In this document: positions 22,418 to 31,628 of the stretch, one piece after another
Position numbering within the stretch: position 1 is the first letter of the stretch
How the letters are laid out: each line of letters begins with the position of its first letter
Source of the DNA: an uncultured cyanobacterium
GTDB taxonomy: Bacteria; Cyanobacteriota; Cyanobacteriia; Cyanobacteriales; Cyanobacteriaceae
Assembly (NCBI GenBank): GCA_963749915.1
Contig: CAVVOP010000019.1
Coordinates: forward strand, 1 to 64,000
DNA length: 64,000 bases
Direction of reading: 5' to 3'
The notes under the pieces: generated by a model
What the model was told of the DNA's origin: nothing
The model's database searches: none
The model's input: only the letters and a program-made list of their open reading frames with translations
Translations under genes and position numbers: made by a program

Positions 22418-22529
22418 AGGCATTGCAATACTGCGAGGGATTTCCCCGAAAACAACTCTCTGGAGGGTAATTCTTAATTCGCAACTGCTCCTGTTCCCCC
22501 ATTTTCTCTCAGAAATTTACAGAGATTGA

Positions 22530-23888
22530 CTATGGTCGTGGGATGCGCTTACCCTTGAATATCATTCTCACTCCACCTTTAGGAGCAAGCACAACGCCTC
22601 GTCGCTGGGGTTTCACAGGTTGGTTCTCAGCTAATTCCAGTTGGTAACGCAACAAAATTGTTGCTAATGCTAACTTCAGTTCCAACTGTGCCAGAACCTC
22701 GCCCATACAACGACGAACACCACTACCAAAGGCTATGAATTCATAAGGAGAAAACTGGCGTTCTAAAAATCTTTCTGGTTTAAACTTTTTCGGTTCAGGA
22801 TAGAGCTCTTCACGCTGATGAATCAGATAGATACAGCCCAGAAATATAGTACCGGTCTCAAATTTATGTCCCAGTAACTCGACGGGTTGTTGGGCTACTC
22901 TGGGAAAGGTTAACATTGCCACGGAATGGATTCGCAGAACTTCATTACATACTGCTGTCAGATAGGGAAGTCGAAAAATACTCATGGGCTCTGGAGATGG
23001 CCCCAAGCTATCCAACTCCTTCAATAATTTTTCTCGGACTTCAGGGTAACGGTGAGTCCAGTATAATGCCCATGCCATTGCCAATGCAGTTGTATCGTGA
23101 CCGGCGAACAAAAAGGTGATCAATTCATCTCGCAACTCGCCCTCGCTCATGGCTTCACCGGCTTCATCCCGAACCGACATCAGGAGGGAGAGGATATCCG
23201 TCCTTTCTGAATCGGGCTTTTTACGGCGATCGCTAATCTCAGCATAGAGCAAATCGTCTATTTCTTTTTGCAGGCGTAAAAAATATCCCCAAGGACTCCA
23301 AGCTCCTAAATCTTTCTGTAGGAAGGGGAAAAACAGCAAGCTAGAACTTAAAGGAGAATTCAAGAAATTCAGTAAGGCACGGCTTTTTTGGATGATTTTC
23401 ACATAACGTTCCCCTTCATGAAGTCCAAAGATAACTTGCATGATCACCTGTATAGTTATCTTTTGGCTGATAGAGAGGGCAAAAAAAGGTTGATTAATAG
23501 GGAGCTGATGGATGACTTTCTCTGTGAGTTGCTCAATTAAATGTCCATAACCTTGAATTCGCTCACCATGAAAAGAAGGCATCAACAGTTTCCGCTCTCG
23601 TCTGTGGCGATCGCCGTCTAAGAGAAATAGTGAGGAACTGCCAACTAAGGGTTGTAAGATCTTATTCAAATGACCGGGGGAAGTAAACTGCTTTCTATCA
23701 TTAGTTAAAATCTGCTGGAGTGCTTGAGGATGTTGTACGAAAACAGCCGAATCTCCAAAGCCAACTACCTTTGCACTGAACAGATCAGGATAGCGACGAG
23801 CAGCACCTTTCATATATCCAACTGGCGCAAAAATCCATTGAAGCTTTTGGAAAAAAGAGGGCATTTTTAAATTGTTGGGGGATTTCAT
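22530..23888 (-). CDS. Cytochrome P450 (CYP110-like)
   Basis: AGHDTT, EVLR, PERF and heme motif FGSGVRRCMG. Confidence 0.95.
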   Translation of the reverse strand: MKSPNNLKMPSFFQKLQWIFAPVGYMKGAARRYPDLFSAKVVGFGDSAVFVQHPQALQQILTNDRKQFTSPGHLNKILQPLVGSSSLFLLDGDRHRRERKLLMPSFHGERIQGYGHLIEQLTEKVIHQLPINQPFFALSISQKITIQVIMQVIFGLHEGERYVKIIQKSRALLNFLNSPLSSSLLFFPFLQKDLGAWSPWGYFLRLQKEIDDLLYAEISDRRKKPDSERTDILSLLMSVRDEAGEAMSEGELRDELITFLFAGHDTTALAMAWALYWTHRYPEVREKLLKELDSLGPSPEPMSIFRLPYLTAVCNEVLRIHSVAMLTFPRVAQQPVELLGHKFETGTIFLGCIYLIHQREELYPEPKKFKPERFLERQFSPYEFIAFGSGVRRCMGEVLAQLELKLALATILLRYQLELAENQPVKPQRRGVVLAPKGGVRMIFKGKRIPRP

Positions 23889-24150
23889 AACTAACTTAAC
23901 TAATAGTTGCTCGAAGGATATATCTAATTATTACTTTAGCTCATTATTCGCTACGATTAGAACGATGGTGTATATATTGTTGCCCCCACGTCAAGAATAG
24001 GATTCTTACCAAAATAAATTTACTGGGGAAGAAATTTTGGATTACTGTGCTTCCAATACCGCCAACAGCTTTTCTTCCAAAGCAGTCAAATATTGACGAT
24101 CTAGCTTTCCCAAAAAGGCAAGATTGCAGCGTGTCGCTGGCAATTATTTT

Positions 24151-24180
24151 TTCTAAATTCTAAATTCTAAATTCTAAATT
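24151..24180. repeat. STRR heptamer (TTCTAAA)x4
   Basis: Read directly from the sequence. Confidence 0.85.
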
Positions 24181-24244
24181 TGCCTCACAACATAAATTCT
24201 AGCCTTAACCGAGCAGCATTGAGAGGCATTCTTTAGTTGTTAGA

Positions 24245-25156
24245 TTAAGTATCAATAACGGTTATCCAATCTTGATATTCTGGTTCTCTATTTTCAGTAA
24301 TAGCAGTCAATTTTTCCTTAATTTTCTTAGTGATATTTTTCTCTTGAGGAAGCTGATAATTTTCTACTCTTTTAACGGGGGTAACTTTCGCCGCAGTGCC
24401 ACATAAAAAAACTTCATCAGCGATAAATAATTCAGTTTTATCTATTTCTCTTTGTTCGATTTCTATACCTAAATTTTTAGCAATAGTTAACACGCTATCT
24501 CTGGTAATTCCCTCTAAAATGTCTTGATCAAAACTAGGGGTAATTAGCTTATTATTTCTCACCATAAAAATATTCATTCCCGTCGCTTCACACACTTTTC
24601 CCTGAGAATTCATTAGAATTGCTTCGTCAAAACCACTTTCAACGGCTTCGGTTTTTGCTAAGGCGGAGGTAATATACGCACCGCTAATTTTACCTCGTAA
24701 TGGTAGACTGCGATCCTCTTGACGATACCATGAACTAATACGGCAACTAATGCCATCGGGTGAGAGATAATCTCCCATTTCTAACCCATAAACAAAAAAG
24801 TTTTTTTCGATGTTGTGAAGTCGGGGTGCAATGCCTAAATCTGAGGTATAAACAAAGGGACGAATATAAAAAGGTTTATCGGGTTTATTTTTTGTGACAA
24901 AATCGACAATTACTTCGTAAATTTTACTAGCTGATAATTCGTAGTGTAAATATTTAGCACTGTTACTTAATCTCTGACAATGACGATCTAAACGAAATAA
25001 TAACACTTGTTGAGGGTTAGTGGAGTTTATTGTGCCTCTTAAGCCGCCAAAAGCACCTGTCCCATAATGTAACGCGTGAGTAGCGATAGAAATATTAGCA
25101 TCAGTAAAGGGAATAAATTTACCTTCAAAGTAAGCGATGGGTAAAAAATCTGACAT
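24245..25156 (-). CDS. ilvE: Branched-chain amino acid aminotransferase
   Basis: ALHYGTGAFGG, GKISGAY, ILEGITR, EVFLCGTAA. Confidence 0.95.
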   Translation of the reverse strand: MSDFLPIAYFEGKFIPFTDANISIATHALHYGTGAFGGLRGTINSTNPQQVLLFRLDRHCQRLSNSAKYLHYELSASKIYEVIVDFVTKNKPDKPFYIRPFVYTSDLGIAPRLHNIEKNFFVYGLEMGDYLSPDGISCRISSWYRQEDRSLPLRGKISGAYITSALAKTEAVESGFDEAILMNSQGKVCEATGMNIFMVRNNKLITPSFDQDILEGITRDSVLTIAKNLGIEIEQREIDKTELFIADEVFLCGTAAKVTPVKRVENYQLPQEKNITKKIKEKLTAITENREPEYQDWITVIDT

Positions 25157-25526
25157 AATTTAGGACTTAATAGTTTAACGAATATAAATTTACATAGATC
25201 ATTTCATGCTATCACTAAATTCCCGGAATACTCCCATAACTAGTGGAAGAATGCAGGGCAAACGCACACAAAACTTAACAAGTAGATTATTATCAGATTT
25301 CTTGACTGGGAGGGTTTTATGGTATCAAGAGTTATTAGATTAGAGATCTTCTTCTCTCCTTTTGAATTTTCCCATGGCGATCGCACTTTTGGGAAACGCA
25401 CTCATCCCACAATCTGAGACTTTTATGGTTTCGTTCCAAGGAAAAGTATCGACTGAAAACTTTATCCCAACTAAAATAAATATATATATGTTCACCTAAC
25501 TATAGGATAATTTGGGGAAAAGTCTA

Positions 25527-25901
25527 ATGTCTAGAACTATTTTGGTTTGTCAGCATGAAACTTGTCCTCGGCAAGGAGCAACCGCAGTGTTAAAAGCCTT
25601 CCAGTCTCAGGCTCCATCGGATGTTGTGGTTCGGAGCACTGGGTGCTTTGGGGAGTGCGGCAGCGGACCAATGGTTGTGGTTCTACCAGAGGAGATTTGG
25701 TATTGTCATGTTGAGGTAAAGGATGTGCCTAGAATTGTCGAGCAACATCTCAGGGGCGGAAAACCTGTTAAGGAGAAACTCTACCCCAAGTTTCATCCTC
25801 AAAAGCAACCCATCAAAATCTGGCCGATTGCAGTAGGGTTATTCCTGGGATTCTTGGGCTTATTATTTTGGTTGATTGCCAGTCAAACCTACTATTTCTA
25901 A
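25527..25901 (+). CDS. Thioredoxin-like (2Fe-2S) ferredoxin with C-terminal membrane anchor
   Basis: VCQHETC..GCFGECGSGP..WY; hydrophobic tail. Confidence 0.85.
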   Translation: MSRTILVCQHETCPRQGATAVLKAFQSQAPSDVVVRSTGCFGECGSGPMVVVLPEEIWYCHVEVKDVPRIVEQHLRGGKPVKEKLYPKFHPQKQPIKIWPIAVGLFLGFLGLLFWLIASQTYYF

Positions 25902-25980
25902 AAACCTACTATTTCTTAAGTCAATTCCCCGTTGATCTCAAATCTTAATATAACGATTAACTCTAAATCAGTTGTATTTT

Positions 25981-26048
25981 TTCATAATTCATAATTCATA
26001 ATTCATAATTCATAATTCATAATTCATAATTCATAATTCATAATTCAT
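25981..26048. repeat. STRR heptamer (TTCATAA), about 10 copies
   Basis: Read directly from the sequence. Confidence 0.95.
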
Positions 26049-26148
26049 CGCTTCGCTCTACTTGTCCTTAACAGTTCTCCAAAAAGACTAATCTTTGACT
26101 AATAAGTAAATCTAATCACCCCTATAAATAAGTTTGAATTAAAAAGTC

Positions 26149-26180
26149 TTTACAATTCGTAACAATCATGTCAATATAGT
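26149..26180 (+). promoter_or_regulatory. psbA promoter with overlapping HLR1 (RpaB)-like site
   Basis: TTTACA-17 bp-CAATAT; direct repeat TTTACAAT-TC-GTAACAAT. Confidence 0.65.
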
Positions 26181-26257
26181 TATATTCATAAAAAACAAAT
26201 ACCTTCTGCTTGATCGCGGAATCCGTACCTCGAAAACTTTATCGCAATCATAAAAAT

Positions 26258-27328
26258 ATGACTACCACTTTACAGCAACAACAACAGTCTTCTGCATGGG
26301 AACAGTTCTGCCAGTGGATCACTTCTACCAACAACCGCTTATACGTAGGCTGGTTCGGTACTTTGATGATCCCTACTCTGTTAACTGCCACCACTTGTTT
26401 TATTATCGCCTTTATCGCAGCTCCTCCCGTTGACATTGACGGTATTCGTGAGCCTGTAGCCGGTTCCCTATTATACGGAAACAACATCATCTCCGGTGCC
26501 GTTGTTCCTTCTTCTAACGCTATTGGTTTACACTTCTACCCCATTTGGGAAGCAGCTTCCTTAGATGAGTGGTTATATAACGGTGGTCCTTACCAATTAG
26601 TAGTATTCCATTTCTTAATCGGTATCTTCTGCTATATGGGTCGTCAGTGGGAATTATCTTTCCGCTTAGGAATGCGTCCTTGGATCTGTGTTGCCTATAG
26701 TGCACCTGTATCTGCCGCAACTGCTGTATTCTTAATCTACCCCATCGGTCAAGGTTCTTTCTCTGATGGTATGCCTTTAGGAATTAGCGGAACATTCAAC
26801 TTCATGTTTGTGTTCCAAGCAGAACATAACATCTTGATGCACCCCTTCCATATGTTGGGTGTAGCCGGTGTGTTTGGTGGCTCTTTATTCTCAGCAATGC
26901 ACGGTTCTTTAGTAACCTCTTCTTTAGTGCGTGAAACCACGGAAACTGAATCTTTAAACTACGGTTACAAATTCGGTCAAGAAGAAGAAACCTACAACAT
27001 CGTAGCAGCTCATGGATACTTTGGTCGTTTAATCTTCCAATATGCTTCCTTTAACAACAGCCGGGCGTTACACTTCTTCTTAGGTGCATGGCCTGTAATT
27101 GGTATTTGGTTCACCGCAATGGGTGTAAGTACCATGGCATTCAACTTAAATGGATTCAACTTCAACCAGTCTATCTTAGATAGTCAAGGTCATGTAATTG
27201 GAACTTGGGCAGACGTATTAAACCGTGCCAACATCGGAATCGAAGTAATGCACGAACGTAATGCTCACAACTTCCCCTTAGATTTAGCTAGTGCAGAACC
27301 TGTATCTGCTCCTGTAATCAACGGCTAA
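26258..27328 (+). CDS. psbA: Photosystem II D1 protein, 356 aa, Q130 form
   Basis: Canonical D1 sequence; Mn-cluster ligands D170, E189, H332, E333, D342 and A344 present; 12-aa C-terminal extension. Confidence 0.99.
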   Translation: MTTTLQQQQQSSAWEQFCQWITSTNNRLYVGWFGTLMIPTLLTATTCFIIAFIAAPPVDIDGIREPVAGSLLYGNNIISGAVVPSSNAIGLHFYPIWEAASLDEWLYNGGPYQLVVFHFLIGIFCYMGRQWELSFRLGMRPWICVAYSAPVSAATAVFLIYPIGQGSFSDGMPLGISGTFNFMFVFQAEHNILMHPFHMLGVAGVFGGSLFSAMHGSLVTSSLVRETTETESLNYGYKFGQEEETYNIVAAHGYFGRLIFQYASFNNSRALHFFLGAWPVIGIWFTAMGVSTMAFNLNGFNFNQSILDSQGHVIGTWADVLNRANIGIEVMHERNAHNFPLDLASAEPVSAPVING

Positions 27329-27368
27329 AAATTAGCTTGGTTGTGATAATGACAACTAAATAATAATC

Positions 27369-27401
27369 AAAAACACTCTCTAGTAATAGGGGGTGTTTTT
27401 T
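27369..27401 (+). terminator. psbA rho-independent terminator
   Basis: Hairpin followed by a T tract. Confidence 0.8.
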
Positions 27402-27641
27402 GGTTTTGTTTAATCGGATGATGCTCAATACTTTTCGGTTAAGGAAATATAATTGTCGGTTTAGTTTAGACTAGAAGAGAGGTTAATCATCCCAACAATA
27501 GATGGAGGATTAAAAGCTATGAATATCTTCAAATAGTTACAAATTATAAGTTTGGATTCTTCTATTCGTCAAAATCTGCCTGACAGACCACTAGCTTATG
27601 TATTGGGTCACAGTATTATTATTCCCTGAAGGGAATAATAC

Positions 27642-28460
27642 CTAAGAATTCGACAAAACGTTGCCACAGTATTTACAGTATCTAGCATCGTCATCATGCT
27701 TTTGACTGCCGCAGACAGAACAAGTTCGGTTTGAACCCTTAAATAAGGAGCTGTTCGACAAATCGACAGTGACAATTCCGGTGGGGACAGCGATGATTCC
27801 GTAGCCCAGCAGCATAATGATTGAGGCCAACAATTTCCCTAAGGGGGTTTGTGGTGCGATATCTCCATATCCTACCGTGGTCAAGGTCACAATTGCCCAA
27901 TAAATACTGACAGGAATGCTGGTGAATTCATTAGTCTCTCCTTCGATGAAATACATCAGTGAGCCAAGAATAATCACAAGCACGAGGACAAAAGCTAAAA
28001 AGACAATAATTTTACGTATACTCGCTTTGAGAGCTAACATCAGGCCCATCTGCTCTTGTAAAAATTGGCTGAGCTTCAAAATCCGAAAAATCCGCAGCAA
28101 ACGAAGGGTTCTCACGGCTAATAAAGAGTAACTGGCGGGGAAAAGAAGACTGATATAGGTAGGTAGAACCGTAATCAGATCGACGATGCCATAGAAACTG
28201 ACTACATATCGCCAAGGACGTTTGGCTGAAATTAGACGCAAAATGTACTCTACAGTAAAAAGCAAAGTAAAGAACCATTCAGCCCATTGGAGTTCTTGAC
28301 CATACTGAATTTGAATCGCTTTGACACTACCAAGTAAGATGACCAGCACGCTAGCCAAAATACATGCTGACAGAATTAGGTCAAAAGCCTTACCAGAAAT
28401 AGTATCCGTTTCAAAGATGATCTGCCGGAGCTTTTCCCTTCGATGCAACCAAGAGGACAT
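27642..28460 (-). CDS. Voltage-gated K+ channel-type ion transporter
   Basis: S4-like RTLRLLRIFRILK; selectivity filter TTVGYGD; C-terminal CxxC..CxxC. Confidence 0.93.
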   Translation of the reverse strand: MSSWLHRREKLRQIIFETDTISGKAFDLILSACILASVLVILLGSVKAIQIQYGQELQWAEWFFTLLFTVEYILRLISAKRPWRYVVSFYGIVDLITVLPTYISLLFPASYSLLAVRTLRLLRIFRILKLSQFLQEQMGLMLALKASIRKIIVFLAFVLVLVIILGSLMYFIEGETNEFTSIPVSIYWAIVTLTTVGYGDIAPQTPLGKLLASIIMLLGYGIIAVPTGIVTVDLSNSSLFKGSNRTCSVCGSQKHDDDARYCKYCGNVLSNS

Positions 28461-28870
28461 AGGAGATAGACTGAGAATATAGATATACAAGAAGTTGATT
28501 AGAAGACTAGAAATAACGTGGTCTAACCCGCTTTTTTCAACAATAACATCGCCTGGATTATCTATGATTGATATAGCGATCGTTCCCTTCTTTTTCTTCT
28601 AGGGCGGTCTGCACCTGTTCCGCCATTTAGGGTATCATTTCCGCCATATCCATTAATAATCCATTTATCAACAGATGGATATTGATCGAGCAATTCAATT
28701 CCTTGGGAAATTGCCAGCAATATTGCTTACCATGCAGCCAAAGGCGGTGATGCTCTTTTGGCTGCAACCTCTTCTTTACAGGCTGCCAAAAGATGTCTGA
28801 GTTTATTTGCCTTCATGTTTTCACTTTTTTCTTTTTTGAGTCTTTATTTAGTCTAAAGTACAGTTACTAA

Positions 28871-29218
28871 TTATTCATTATTAATTGTTTTCGCCTGTTG
28901 AAATATCTTAGCGGCAAATTCAGGATTTTCTCTCATACGCCGAAATAATAAAGGCATCTCTTGGTAATGTTGCTTAATTAAATCTTCATCCTGTGAAGGA
29001 ATACGTCCTGCCAAAAATATTAACTCTTCTTCATCCAAATTGAGACAATCTGCTAATTTCCTAATTAACTCCTCCTTTGGTGCATAATCGGGGCGACTAT
29101 TTTCTAACTTAGAAAGATATGTAAAATCTACACCTAATTTAGTGGCTAATTGTCTTTGAGTATAACCTTTATTCTTCCTTGCTTCCTTTATTAATATTCC
29201 AAAATCTATTATTTCCAT
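28871..29218 (-). CDS. XRE-family HTH transcriptional regulator
   Basis: TQRQLATKLGVDFTYLSKLEN helix-turn-helix. Confidence 0.9.
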   Translation of the reverse strand: MEIIDFGILIKEARKNKGYTQRQLATKLGVDFTYLSKLENSRPDYAPKEELIRKLADCLNLDEEELIFLAGRIPSQDEDLIKQHYQEMPLLFRRMRENPEFAAKIFQQAKTINNE

Positions 29219-29231
29219 TATTTTTTTCCCC

Positions 29232-29311
29232 TTGAACAAAAAATCAATATTTAGTTGACGAAAAAATCAACATTAGTTATCATAATATTATCATGTTGAA
29301 TAAAAAGTCAA
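29232..29311. promoter_or_regulatory. Three TTGA-N8-TCAA palindromic operators in the divergent promoter
   Basis: 29232-29247, 29255-29270 and 29296-29311, all with A-rich spacers. Confidence 0.7.
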
Positions 29312-29321
29312 GTTTAAGATT

Positions 29322-30299
29322 ATGAGTCAAACAGAAGTAAAAGAAAGTAAAGAGCAGATAATGGCAGCATTTGCCCAATTATTTGCTGATTATCAACTGA
29401 AACAATCAAAAATTGAGACTAAAGAGGAAGCCGTTGAAAAAGAAAAAAATAAGGCTTTGTTAGCGAAAGTAGCGGATTATACTGTTAATAATATTGTTAA
29501 TAGTATGGCTAATTTACAGTTAGATTTTAGTAATTTAACCAAAGAAATAGCTAATCGATTACAAACAGAATCAGATGTTTTAACAGAACTTAAAAAAGCG
29601 ATAACCGTTGAGACAGAAAGGTTAGCTGAATTACAAAAAATTCGCTTAGTTGCCGATGCTTTATATATTTTAAGACAAGAACATCAAGAAAGATTAACTT
29701 CTCTCGAAACTCAAATTGAAACTGCTCAAAATAATATCACTTTACAAAAAGAAAGATTTCGCAAAAATTGGCAAAAAGAAGACGCAGAATTTACGGTAAA
29801 AATAGCCGAAGAATTAGACCTATTAACTCAACAAAGACAACAACTAGAAGCTGATTTTAATTATCAATTGGAAGTTGAAAGAAAAATTCAAAGTGATGAA
29901 TATGAGGAAGCAAAAAGAATTCAAGAAAGAGAATTAAGATTAGCTGATTTAGATAAAAATAAAGTTTGGCAAGAAAGAGAAACTGTTTTAAACAGTCAAG
30001 AAAAAGAATTTAATAGTAATAAGAAAAAAATCGAAGGTTTTGAAGAACAAATCAAGACTGAAGTTAATAAAGCTCGTGGTGAAGCCATTAAAGAAGCAGA
30101 TCGAGAAGCTCAAGTTAAAGTTAATTTAATGGAAAAAGAATGGGAATCTACTAAACAAGGTTATGAATTTAAACTTCAGTCTTTAGAAGCAAAAATTCAC
30201 CAACAAACAGAACAAATAGAAGCCATTATTGCACAACTTCAAAATGCCACAAATCAGGCTCAAAATTTGGCTTTAAGAGCTTTTCAACCTAGCAATTAA
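29322..30299 (+). CDS. Coiled-coil-rich protein A
   Basis: 325 aa, E/K/Q-rich, heptad-like throughout; ends QAQNLALRAF; paralogous to the next gene. Confidence 0.85.
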   Translation: MSQTEVKESKEQIMAAFAQLFADYQLKQSKIETKEEAVEKEKNKALLAKVADYTVNNIVNSMANLQLDFSNLTKEIANRLQTESDVLTELKKAITVETERLAELQKIRLVADALYILRQEHQERLTSLETQIETAQNNITLQKERFRKNWQKEDAEFTVKIAEELDLLTQQRQQLEADFNYQLEVERKIQSDEYEEAKRIQERELRLADLDKNKVWQERETVLNSQEKEFNSNKKKIEGFEEQIKTEVNKARGEAIKEADREAQVKVNLMEKEWESTKQGYEFKLQSLEAKIHQQTEQIEAIIAQLQNATNQAQNLALRAFQPSN

Positions 30300-30425
30300 T
30301 TAGTCAATTTAACTCTCTCACAAGTAGGGTGGTCAATGCCCATGAAAAAGCTAGAATCAAGAACGTTAAAAACTAAAAATATCAACTCATCACATTACAT
30401 TTGTCAAGAATAAAAGGTAAAAAAT

Positions 30426-31541
30426 ATGGCAATTAACTCGAGAAGTACCAAAGCACAAATTTTGGCGGCTTATCAAGAATTAGAACAAGAAAAAACTAAT
30501 TTAGAAAAGCAAGTAAAATTGGTAAAAAAACAAACTCAAATACAACAAAAAGCTGTAGAAAGTGCAAAAACTATAGTTACGAATACCCCTGTTAAATCTG
30601 TGTCTAAATCTCCTGAAAATTCTCCCTCAAATGCCATGAATAAAATTAATGATATCGGACAAGTAATCACTAATTTAGAAAAGTTACAAATTGGTTTTGG
30701 TAGTGCTGTTAGTCAACTTTCTGAGCAATTAATTACCGAAGCATCTAGTTTAGAAAAATTAGAAAATAATATTCAATCTGAACTAAATCAATTACAAGAA
30801 TTACACGATTTAGACACTATTGAAGACGATACTTTAAACACTTTATTAGCTACCTATGACGAAAGTACTAAGAACTTATTTAATGAGTATAATCAAAGAC
30901 AAGAAACTTTAGGACAAGAATTAGATACTGCCAAAAAAGAATGGCTTAAAGAACAAGAAAATAAACAACGAGAAATTAAACTTCGTAACGATAATTATAC
31001 TAAAAATAAACAAAGAGAAAATGAAGAATATCAATACAATTTAACACTAACAAGAGAGCTGGATCAGGACAATTATCAACAAGAATTAAATCAACTTTAT
31101 AAAGCCTTAGATGAGGCCCACCAACAACAAGAAAAAATTTGGGAAAATCGAGAAAAAGATGTTAGTAATCGAGAAAAAGAATATGCGATCGCCAAGCAAA
31201 AAGTAGAAGAATTTGAAGCAAAATTAGAGACAGAAATTAAGAAAGCCAAAGAAGAAGGTAAAGGGATAGGTAACTATCAAGCCAAAATAAAAACCGATTT
31301 AAGACATAAAGAAATTGAAGGAGAAACCCAGAATTATCAACTCAGAATACAAGCCCTAGAATCAACTATTTTAAGTAATGAAAATCGATTAAATAACCTC
31401 TCACAACAACTAGATTCTGCCTTAAAACAAGTCCAAGATTTAGCTGTAAAAGCCATTGAGGGAGCATCAAATCGTAACTCTTTTGAAGCAATGAAAGAAG
31501 TAGCTTTAGAACAAGCTAAAAATCAAGCCAAAAATAAATAA
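30426..31541 (+). CDS. Coiled-coil-rich protein B
   Basis: 371 aa; STKAQILAAY start; QVQDLAVKAIEG near the C-terminus. Confidence 0.85.
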   Translation: MAINSRSTKAQILAAYQELEQEKTNLEKQVKLVKKQTQIQQKAVESAKTIVTNTPVKSVSKSPENSPSNAMNKINDIGQVITNLEKLQIGFGSAVSQLSEQLITEASSLEKLENNIQSELNQLQELHDLDTIEDDTLNTLLATYDESTKNLFNEYNQRQETLGQELDTAKKEWLKEQENKQREIKLRNDNYTKNKQRENEEYQYNLTLTRELDQDNYQQELNQLYKALDEAHQQQEKIWENREKDVSNREKEYAIAKQKVEEFEAKLETEIKKAKEEGKGIGNYQAKIKTDLRHKEIEGETQNYQLRIQALESTILSNENRLNNLSQQLDSALKQVQDLAVKAIEGASNRNSFEAMKEVALEQAKNQAKNK

Positions 31542-31628
31542 TGAGAGCAGATTTCAATTGGTAATCTGTAGGAGTGGATGGCATTAACCCAAGTAATGAG
31601 GAATTAAATATCAAATTTTTAGCAAACC

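Larger units (their letters stand above)
22426..24221. mobile_element. Non-autonomous IS4-type cassette carrying a cytochrome P450
   Basis: Left end CAATACTGC; right end CTTAACCGAGCAGCATTG; flanking direct repeat AGAGGCATT(G/C) at 22416-22425 and 24222-24231; no transposase inside. Confidence 0.65.

Noticed and set aside
19141..24221. One composite element carrying the whole pilin cluster between inverted IS4-type ends
   Set aside because: The flanks do not form a TSD; the 24221 end pairs with 22426 instead, and the pilin locus looks native.
25886..25917. Direct repeat AAACCTACTATTTCT across the ferredoxin stop
   Set aside because: A simple local tandem duplication with nothing inserted between the copies.
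26258..27328. Atypical (rogue or far-red) D1 suggested by the poly-Q N-terminus and short C-terminal extension
   Set aside because: All Mn-cluster ligands are present and the core sequence is standard.
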